Virus record (IMG/VR): IMGVR_UViG_3300028025_000563
Coordinates: 1-58,017 of that record
From: a virus
Lineage: Duplodnaviria > Caudoviricetes
DNA: 58,017 nucleotides
Strand: one strand, 5' to 3'
Shown: in pieces, positions 47,387 through 54,265 of the stretch
Layout: each line of letters starts with the position of its first letter
Numbering within the stretch: the stretch's first letter is position 1
Notes under the pieces: model-generated
The model's input: only the letters and a program-made list of their open reading frames with translations
What the model was told of the DNA's origin: nothing
Database searches by the model: none
Program-made: the position numbers and the translations under genes

Positions 47387-47692
47387 TTAAACCATTCTTC
47401 CTTTAGTCTTACCACGTTGAGCAATACCATCACCACGAGATGATGCTGATTTTACCTTGCCACCTTTTTTCATACCATCCATCTCAGCAAACGCTTTTGC
47501 TTTTCGCTCTTCCGGTGTCATTGGTTTATTACTTTGCCCAGAGCTATTAGAAGCGCCGCGTATATTACGTATAGCGTTATCTACATCAGCCTTTCGCTTA
47601 TCAAACTCTGCTTTAGAAATCTCTTCGTTGTTGTGTACGTATTTACCGTCTACAACACGAAAAGTATTCTGCGATGCTGATGTATTAGCCAT
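47387..47692 (-). CDS. small protein with KKGGKV and RGDGIAQRGKTKG tail
   Basis: C-terminal motif shared with the neighbouring gene. Confidence 0.75.
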   Translation of the reverse strand: MANTSASQNTFRVVDGKYVHNNEEISKAEFDKRKADVDNAIRNIRGASNSSGQSNKPMTPEERKAKAFAEMDGMKKGGKVKSASSRGDGIAQRGKTKGRMV

Positions 47693-48033
47693 TAAATCAT
47701 CCGCCCTCTAGTCTTACCACGTTGCGCTATACCATCACCACGAGATGATGCAGAGGAAGCTTTACTACTCTTCTTAAATGAACGAGAAGAATTGGATGAA
47801 ACTTTGCCACCTTTCTTCAATCCATTCTGTTTTCTGTAAGCAGCTAATTCCTGCTCTTGTTTAATCTTTTCTTCTTCTTTTGCAGCATTAGCTCTAGCCA
47901 TCGCCTCTTCGGCAGCTTTATCTTTTTCAACTTGTCTAGCTCTCATAGCTGGCAACAAGCCAAAATTAGTAGCAAAACCTTCGCCAGTTACAGCAGCGGC
48001 CAACGGACTAATATCACCAAGTTTAAATCCCAT
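47692..48033 (-). CDS. small protein with KKGGKV and RGDGIAQRGKTRG tail
   Basis: Start moved to ATG 48033 after GAGGA. Confidence 0.75.
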   Translation of the reverse strand: MGFKLGDISPLAAAVTGEGFATNFGLLPAMRARQVEKDKAAEEAMARANAAKEEEKIKQEQELAAYRKQNGLKKGGKVSSNSSRSFKKSSKASSASSRGDGIAQRGKTRGRMI

Positions 48034-48046
48034 TATTTCCTCGCAA

Positions 48047-48280
48047 TTATCTAAATCCTGCTGTTTTCTTCGCAATACCTTTAGGCTGCGCTACAAACTG
48101 CTTTCCTGCTTTCTTCCCTGCTCGCTTTGCCTTCGTTGTGGCAGCATACTCTGCTGGGCTTAGAGCTTTGATCGCCTTTTCTGGGAGATAACGCTCTCCT
48201 GTCTTTGACGATGGCTTTCCGCTTTTGGTTCGCCATTTCTGATCTCCCCAATTTTTAAGAGATTGCTGCGGGGCTTTCAC
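48047..48280 (-). CDS. small basic protein (DUF5872-like)
   Basis: GTG start; SLKNWGDQKWRTKSGK...GERYLPEKAI. Confidence 0.7.
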   Translation of the reverse strand: MKAPQQSLKNWGDQKWRTKSGKPSSKTGERYLPEKAIKALSPAEYAATTKAKRAGKKAGKQFVAQPKGIAKKTAGFR

Positions 48281-48281
48281 G

Positions 48282-48557
48282 CTAGTCCCTATAACCACCA
48301 CCTGCTGCCTTATATTTCTTAGCAACAAGCTGTGCCTTACGAGCCGACCATTGACCAGCTCCTGTACCATGCGTTGCTGCGGCTTTTACTTGAGACACAA
48401 TCTTCTTACGTAGACCGGGTTTTGTGTAATTACCAGCAGCATTAACCTTACCGCCTTCTTTGTATTGAGTAAAGTCAGTCTCATCCCGACGGGGCTTTTT
48501 TTCCCCACCGGGCATTTTGGACGGGCGGATCGCGCCCATACCACGAGAGGCCATCAT
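48282..48557 (-). CDS. small basic protein
   Basis: YKEGGKV...GQWSARKAQ...GGGYRD. Confidence 0.75.
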   Translation of the reverse strand: MMASRGMGAIRPSKMPGGEKKPRRDETDFTQYKEGGKVNAAGNYTKPGLRKKIVSQVKAAATHGTGAGQWSARKAQLVAKKYKAAGGGYRD

Positions 48558-49078
48558 TAGCAGTACCCGCCCTTTTTCAAACCTTTAGATGAGCCAGACA
48601 TAACTACCATCTTGCCTTTAGTTTTGCCTTTAACAGCAACGCCATCACGGCTAGGAGCAGCAGTTTTAACTTTGCCCATAGATGTCATGCCGCCTGAAGC
48701 CATCTTTTTCATAGCCATACCACCTTTAGCCATCTTGCCTTTACCATCTGCTGCAAATGCTGGTACTTTCTGACCATCTTTCATAACCATAGGCATACCG
48801 CCATCAGCATAACCACCCATAGCCATCTTCTTGGTAGCACCACCCTTAGACATTTTTTTCATCTCAGATTCCTCATGTTTAATCATTGATTTAGAAGCAC
48901 CCTTCTTTTTCATGAAAGCTACTTCCTTCTTTACCATTGCTTTTGATTCAGCCATACCACCACCCGCTTTCGTAAACTCTTTACCCACAGATTGTGGCAC
49001 ACCGGCCTTCTTAGCAAATGCAGGATTGTGGGCAACCGCCTGCATAAACCTTTCCTGTTTCTTTGATACTGTTGGCAT
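48557..49078 (-). CDS. Lys/Met-rich protein with repeated MxxGG motifs
   Basis: SKKQERFMQAVAHNP start; seven xxGG units. Confidence 0.75.
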   Translation of the reverse strand: MPTVSKKQERFMQAVAHNPAFAKKAGVPQSVGKEFTKAGGGMAESKAMVKKEVAFMKKKGASKSMIKHEESEMKKMSKGGATKKMAMGGYADGGMPMVMKDGQKVPAFAADGKGKMAKGGMAMKKMASGGMTSMGKVKTAAPSRDGVAVKGKTKGKMVVMSGSSKGLKKGGYC

Positions 49079-49335
49079 TAGACTACCTTTTGCCCAATAA
49101 GCTGATCAATCTTTGCTTCAAGTCTGTTAAAACGCTGATCAATGTGATCAGTAATTCGTTCCACTTCTGCTTTAGTGACGTTATCACGGGCAATCTCCTC
49201 ACGAGTCTTATTCAATAAGATCGTAATACGCGCAAGTTCAGAAAACTTTTCGTGCGCTATGTAAGCAAATAGACCAGTGAACAGAGTTAATCCGCCAGTC
49301 CAAGCAACTGTAAATTCCATGCTTAACATTTCCAT
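49078..49335 (-). CDS. TM helix plus coiled-coil protein
   Basis: Hydrophobic N-terminus; LLNKTREEIAR...RLEAKID. Confidence 0.75.
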   Translation of the reverse strand: MEMLSMEFTVAWTGGLTLFTGLFAYIAHEKFSELARITILLNKTREEIARDNVTKAEVERITDHIDQRFNRLEAKIDQLIGQKVV

Positions 49336-49577
49336 CTCTTTAAACTGGCTGCCTTACGAGTTGGCCTACCTTTCTCGTCCTTCATTGGACCGGGCATTCC
49401 ACTCATACGCGCACAGAATGATTTTTTACGTGGACCACCTTCAGGTTGTGGAGCCTTTAGATTAGACCCCGTAGCCTTGTTGTACTTTGCACGACCTTTG
49501 GCAGTCAACCCCGCCCCTTTAGCGACCGGTAGCTTCTCGCCACGACCTACTGCAAGGGATGGAGTTTTCTTAGCCAT
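49323..49577 (-). CDS. small basic protein (DUF6321-like)
   Basis: GLTAKGRAKYN...RKKSFCARM...SLKRWKC; start moved to 49577. Confidence 0.7.
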   Translation of the reverse strand: MAKKTPSLAVGRGEKLPVAKGAGLTAKGRAKYNKATGSNLKAPQPEGGPRKKSFCARMSGMPGPMKDEKGRPTRKAASLKRWKC

Positions 49578-49851
49578 AGAACACCGTCGCTGCATTTACG
49601 TTAGATAGATCTACGTATAGACTTGTTTGGAAAACAATCCCCTCACCGGGAATCAATACGTAAATAGTAAACGAATCACTAGTACCTACATCAAGCTCAC
49701 AAAGGACTGGACCAGTAGAACCGCCGTCACGAAATTTAACAAATCCATCGGATGCATTCCCACGATAAGACACGCTTTTTAGGCGTGTTCTACCATTAAA
49801 AGCAGTGCCTGATGCTGTTAGGTGTGCTGACTTAACATCTGTTTGCATCAT
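49570..49851 (-). CDS. small virion protein
   Basis: MQTDVK...IPGEGIVF...TVFYG. Confidence 0.75.
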   Translation of the reverse strand: MMQTDVKSAHLTASGTAFNGRTRLKSVSYRGNASDGFVKFRDGGSTGPVLCELDVGTSDSFTIYVLIPGEGIVFQTSLYVDLSNVNAATVFYG

Positions 49852-49867
49852 GATGATGCCTCCCTAA

Positions 49868-50344
49868 TTAGTTTTGAGTCGAAGTAGGGTTAGCGTTGCC
49901 ATTTGTGTCACGAACAACATACTGAATTACAACAGTAGCAGCACCAGTAGTTAATGCAGTGCCAGTAGCAGTGTAAGTAATTAAGTCGTCAGTTGTGCCA
50001 GTGTTAGCAGCAAGAGCAGCGAAAGTGGAAGCAATCGTTACATTAATAAAGCCAGCCGAAGTAATAGTAGAAGCTGTAGCTACATCAGTACCACCAATCG
50101 TGATCTTCAATGTAGTAGCAGAGCTAAAGTCAGCAGACGTAATAATCTGAACACCAGTAATTAATGAACCAGCAGGGATAGCGCCCAAAGTACCAGTCAA
50201 TGAATTAGTGAATGTTTGAAAAGTTACAGGAATGGTTTGGGCAACAACAGTTGCGCCCATATTACGAATAGAACCAACAGTGGTACCAGTAGTGTTTTTA
50301 ACAGTACCAAGTAGCCAAGGGCCAAGATGAGTAGCGAAACCCAT
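49868..50344 (-). CDS. capsid-associated (decoration-like) protein
   Basis: Thr/Ala-rich, IPAGSLI motif; follows MCP. Confidence 0.7.
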   Translation of the reverse strand: MGFATHLGPWLLGTVKNTTGTTVGSIRNMGATVVAQTIPVTFQTFTNSLTGTLGAIPAGSLITGVQIITSADFSSATTLKITIGGTDVATASTITSAGFINVTIASTFAALAANTGTTDDLITYTATGTALTTGAATVVIQYVVRDTNGNANPTSTQN

Positions 50345-50352
50345 GATTTATA

Positions 50353-50443
50353 TCCTCACATGCGAGTTAAGTGCGTCAATTTGCATGTTACTAGCCGGGG
50401 CTATTTGACACACCGGATATCCCGGAATACCTACTTTATAGCA
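50353..50443 (-). promoter_or_regulatory. extended -10 promoter and pseudoknotted 5' leader
   Basis: TGCTATAAA (50435-50443); three interleaved helices ending at SD GAGGA. Confidence 0.55.
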
Positions 50444-50451
50444 TAAATTTA

Positions 50452-50485
50452 AATAAAAAGGGGAGTTTTTAGCTCCCCTTTTATT
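50452..50485 (-). terminator. Rho-independent (bidirectional) terminator after capsid gene
   Basis: AAAAGGGGAG...CTCCCCTTTT inverted repeat with A/T tails. Confidence 0.88.
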
Positions 50486-50490
50486 GCTAC

Positions 50491-51402
50491 TTACGCAGCG
50501 CCCGGTGATGCAAACATACCGAGTGGATCAGACCAACCAAACGAATAACGCTCACGAGCCTTGTAACGTACATTACCAGTATCGAAGTCGCCGTCCATTG
50601 ATTGAGCCAGTGGGCTACGAACAAAGTGCTTCATGCCGTTTGGAACGTCGGTAGTTAAATACCAGCCGTTTGTATCGGTCAAGAAGTGATTTACTGTGTA
50701 GCCTTCTGGAATCGAACCATTGTTCTTCAATGCGTTGATATCGTTATCAGTTGTGCCGACGCGGAGTTCGGTTTCTAACAGACGAGTTGCAACGAATTGC
50801 AGAGCTGGTGGAACGATCAGCTTGCGTGGTTTAGCAGCGATCAACAGACCACGTTCATCAGTCCAGCCAGCGATTTGAATTACAGCGGCTTCCAAAGAAG
50901 TCTCATTCAAGTCGGCAGCGGTTGATGGTGTGTTGCTGTTGGTGCCACCAGAAACTAAAGGATGTGCAGTTGAGAACAATGCAACGCCATCACCACCAGT
51001 ATAGGCGGAGCTGAAACCGTTGTTCAAAATTGCAGCAGCTTTAACTTGCTTGGTATAAGCCATCGAACGAGCCAGAGCTTTTGTATAACGTGCAGACAAA
51101 GAGTCGTACAAGTTATCTTCAATTGCTTCTTCAGTTAAAGAGAAGCCTTGTGCAATGGTTTCGTGGTTATAGCGAGCAGTCCAAGCTTCTTGACCGTTGT
51201 CGTAACGAATAGCAGAGCCTTCGTTTTTAACAGGTGCGGCTGAGAAACCAGACAGTTTTGTTTCTTCTTCAAAGCTACGTTCCGATGTTTCGGTTTCGTA
51301 GATTTCTTTATGCTCTTCGCCGTAACGAGCATATTCAAGACCAAACAGAGCGTTCAAGCCCGGTAAGAGTTCTTTCAGTAGTTGTGCGCGTGAAATAGCC
51401 AT
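50491..51402 (-). CDS. major capsid protein
   Basis: MAISRAQLLKELLPGLNALFG, KARERYSFGWSD; strong codon bias; after scaffold, followed by terminator. Confidence 0.9.
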   Translation of the reverse strand: MAISRAQLLKELLPGLNALFGLEYARYGEEHKEIYETETSERSFEEETKLSGFSAAPVKNEGSAIRYDNGQEAWTARYNHETIAQGFSLTEEAIEDNLYDSLSARYTKALARSMAYTKQVKAAAILNNGFSSAYTGGDGVALFSTAHPLVSGGTNSNTPSTAADLNETSLEAAVIQIAGWTDERGLLIAAKPRKLIVPPALQFVATRLLETELRVGTTDNDINALKNNGSIPEGYTVNHFLTDTNGWYLTTDVPNGMKHFVRSPLAQSMDGDFDTGNVRYKARERYSFGWSDPLGMFASPGAA

Positions 51403-51412
51403 TATTTACTCC

Positions 51413-52240
51413 TTAAGCACCAGTGGCAGAATAGTAGCCATGCAGACCTTGGTTCAACTTAACCAAGACTTCTGGGTACTGGGTGAATACGATTGTTGAG
51501 CTTGCAACAAATGCAGTTGCAGGAGGCTGATTCAACACAACCGAAGTTGCGCCAGCAGCAGCAGCGGTATCAACAAATGAACCTGAAGCGATGATCTGAC
51601 CATTAGCTGCAACTGAAGCAACGTCGGTACCAACAGGCAATGCAAAAGGTAATGCAGAAACAGTGATCGTGTTGGTAGAAATGCTTGCGTATACTGCACT
51701 GCCTAAACTAACAGCAGTATCAGGAACAACACCAACTACACGTAATGGTAGAGTAGTTGTTACTGGGGTATCAGTAGGCGCTAAAACAGCATTTGCTGAA
51801 TTACCAGTATTTGTGCTGCCAGTGTTGTTAATAGCGCTGACGTTGCAACCAACGATTGCGTTTGAGCCAGAAGCCATAACTACACCAGAAGAACAAACAG
51901 CAGCTTTAAACACTGCATCTGGATCATCAGATACGTAAGCTTGTGCATCGCCAGCCAAAGTGCCAGAAGGCCAGTATTGGCTGAACTGCTTTTGCTTAGT
52001 AACAGGGCTAGTAAAAGTGCAGCCCAAGAAAATACCAACGGTTTGGTTTAAATCAGTACCAGTAGTTACTGATACTCGCTGTAAACGACCGCGTGATAAA
52101 GTAACAAAATCGCCATAGAAAATGTCGGTTGAATAACCGTAAATGATAGGGTACATGCGGGTTGAACCTGCAAATACTTGACCACCGATCAAATTCACTG
52201 GCTGTAGGCCGTAAGGCTTGTCTACAACAGGATATGCCAT
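51413..52240 (-). CDS. minor capsid / head decoration protein
   Basis: PYGLQPV...IFYGD...GIFLGC...DDPD; start moved to 52240. Confidence 0.7.
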   Translation of the reverse strand: MAYPVVDKPYGLQPVNLIGGQVFAGSTRMYPIIYGYSTDIFYGDFVTLSRGRLQRVSVTTGTDLNQTVGIFLGCTFTSPVTKQKQFSQYWPSGTLAGDAQAYVSDDPDAVFKAAVCSSGVVMASGSNAIVGCNVSAINNTGSTNTGNSANAVLAPTDTPVTTTLPLRVVGVVPDTAVSLGSAVYASISTNTITVSALPFALPVGTDVASVAANGQIIASGSFVDTAAAAGATSVVLNQPPATAFVASSTIVFTQYPEVLVKLNQGLHGYYSATGA

Positions 52241-52262
52241 AATTGACTCCAAAAATTAAAAG

Positions 52263-52712
52263 TTACTTGCCTTTGCCAAAAGTAACCTCTGTTTTCCGTT
52301 CATTAAAGAGCGGCATACGAGGATCGTTTTGACGCATCAAATTGTTGTCTACAGCCTCAATCTGCCCTTCGGCTTGTTTCTGGTAGTAGCCGTTGCGCTG
52401 CTCCACAAACTCAATTGGGGTCTTGCATAACAACAATCCGCCAACTTCGATATTGTCTTTGAAACGACTATTCGGGTCAGCTAACAGTTGAAATTTTGGT
52501 TGCTCCTCTAGCTTTACAGGCTCCCACCCTTCTCTCATTTTTGCCGAGATATTACGTGGATCAGCATTGTTCAGCGTTGAGACGCGAACCCATCGATATG
52601 CGTAACCTGGCTGTCTGTCTGGTTCAGGCAGAAGCTCTGGTGGCGCCCACTGCTTGGGACGCTCATTTTCGGCACGCGTTTCTATACTACGGGGTGTTCT
52701 ACTTTCAGCCAT
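52263..52712 (-). CDS. conserved head-module protein
   Basis: GYAYRWVR...MREGWEPV...GGLLLCK. Confidence 0.75.
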   Translation of the reverse strand: MAESRTPRSIETRAENERPKQWAPPELLPEPDRQPGYAYRWVRVSTLNNADPRNISAKMREGWEPVKLEEQPKFQLLADPNSRFKDNIEVGGLLLCKTPIEFVEQRNGYYQKQAEGQIEAVDNNLMRQNDPRMPLFNERKTEVTFGKGK

Positions 52713-53667
52713 TGTTGGCCTCCATTCTTAGTTTTTCACGGACATATTGTTCAGGGCTTAATCCTAAACGCTTGGCTATATTTACCTCTGACTGCTTAAG
52801 CCTCACCTTCTTGGACGGTGTGCTGCGAGTCGCGGGTGCCACGACCGTTGAAACTCGTTCGGTACGTTGCGGCTTATTCCGCTGCGTTACCTCAACTTCT
52901 TGCTCATCTTCAAAATAATCAGGAAAACGACGACGCATCGTATCGTCTACCTTTTGCCAGTATTCATCAGTAGATGGATAACTAGCGCCGTACTGTTTCA
53001 CCAACTTTTGGTGTAAGCCAAGTGCAAGACTTGTCATCTCCTCGTCTTTACCGAACCAGTCATTGCGCTCTTGCCACGCAACAGTCCTTTGGTCAGGACG
53101 AGGCACTTGTGCTTCAGGTACGCTTTGTACAACACTTTCTTCTTCGTGTCTAGCAGGAACATATTCTTCTGCCCGACGAAGCTTGTAATTAGCATCAGCA
53201 ATCTGCTGTTGCGCTTCTACCAAACGATCCGAATCGCCCATGTCATACGCTTCTTTGTATGCCTGTTTTGCAGCGTTCAGCTCCATTTCGGCAGCGCTTT
53301 TGTAGGTGCTTAAATAGCTTTTTTCACCAGCAGTTAAGCGGCTTTTAAGCTGTTTATTCTCCTCCAACATACGCTTTGCCATGTCTTCGGCAGCTTGGCG
53401 CTCACGTAAAGCCTGCTCTTTCTCTCTACGTTCATCGTGCCAAACTTTATTTAATGCTCGTAACTTGGCTTGAGCGTCTTCGGAATACTTCTCCAAATCA
53501 TCCTGTTCCAATTCGTCACGAACCTCCTTTGGTAGAGGCTTACGACCACGATCCAGTGGCGGGGTATCGTCTTCAATCTCTAACTCAAACTCTTCTTCCT
53601 GATTGTCGGCAGAAAGTTTAGAGTTTTTATCCTCGACTTCATCGGGGAACTTGTACTCTTCGTTCAT
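52705..53667 (-). CDS. capsid scaffolding protein
   Basis: Acidic coiled coil; W..RN.WFG; IAKRLGLSPEQY C-terminus; position. Confidence 0.75.
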   Translation of the reverse strand: MNEEYKFPDEVEDKNSKLSADNQEEEFELEIEDDTPPLDRGRKPLPKEVRDELEQDDLEKYSEDAQAKLRALNKVWHDERREKEQALRERQAAEDMAKRMLEENKQLKSRLTAGEKSYLSTYKSAAEMELNAAKQAYKEAYDMGDSDRLVEAQQQIADANYKLRRAEEYVPARHEEESVVQSVPEAQVPRPDQRTVAWQERNDWFGKDEEMTSLALGLHQKLVKQYGASYPSTDEYWQKVDDTMRRRFPDYFEDEQEVEVTQRNKPQRTERVSTVVAPATRSTPSKKVRLKQSEVNIAKRLGLSPEQYVREKLRMEANNG

Positions 53668-53676
53668 ATCTTCTCC

Positions 53677-54078
53677 TTAAGCACGGCTTATTCCGCGCGG
53701 ATCATCGACTACTGCTTCAATGGTGTCATCATTCAATAACCGGAACTCTCGGCCATGAATCTTCAACCTCGTACCAGAGTTTGGTCTGGCTAATACAAAA
53801 TCACCTTGCTTACACCAAGGACCAGTAGGAAACTTCTTCTCGTCTTTGTATGCATCAGGGCCCAACTTAACTACAAAAAATACCGTAGCTAATACTTCTT
53901 CGTAGTGACGAGTTTGGTCAGCTTTAATTAGACCGCTTTCGTACTTCTCTTCCGCTTCCGGTAAAGTTACCAAGATGTGATAACCGCATGGTTCTGGAAG
54001 TTGCTTCGCTTTCTCTTCTGCCGTTTGCGGAAGAGTTGATGTTTCACCGCTTTCTGTTGCGATGGTTATTTCACTCAT
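53677..54078 (-). CDS. groES: GroES-like co-chaperonin
   Basis: PCGYHILV...SGLI...VVKLGPDAY...GDFV...GREFRLLNDD; start moved to 54078. Confidence 0.8.
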   Translation of the reverse strand: MSEITIATESGETSTLPQTAEEKAKQLPEPCGYHILVTLPEAEEKYESGLIKADQTRHYEEVLATVFFVVKLGPDAYKDEKKFPTGPWCKQGDFVLARPNSGTRLKIHGREFRLLNDDTIEAVVDDPRGISRA

Positions 54079-54265
54079 CTGAATGCTCCATAGTTTTTGC
54101 AAGGTCAAGGATGTAGCCTTCTATTGCAGAATAGCCTTGTATTACTCCGCATAGTTTTTGATACTCCGGAAAGTCTTTTGCTGCTCCACGAGCCATAGCT
54201 TCCGTAACCATAGTTCGCTTCTCTCTTATTTCTTCTACTACTACTTGTAGTACTCTATCCATCAT
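54071..54265 (-). CDS. small conserved protein between portal and GroES
   Basis: YQKLCGVIQG motif; overlaps neighbouring genes. Confidence 0.75.
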   Translation of the reverse strand: MMDRVLQVVVEEIREKRTMVTEAMARGAAKDFPEYQKLCGVIQGYSAIEGYILDLAKTMEHSDE

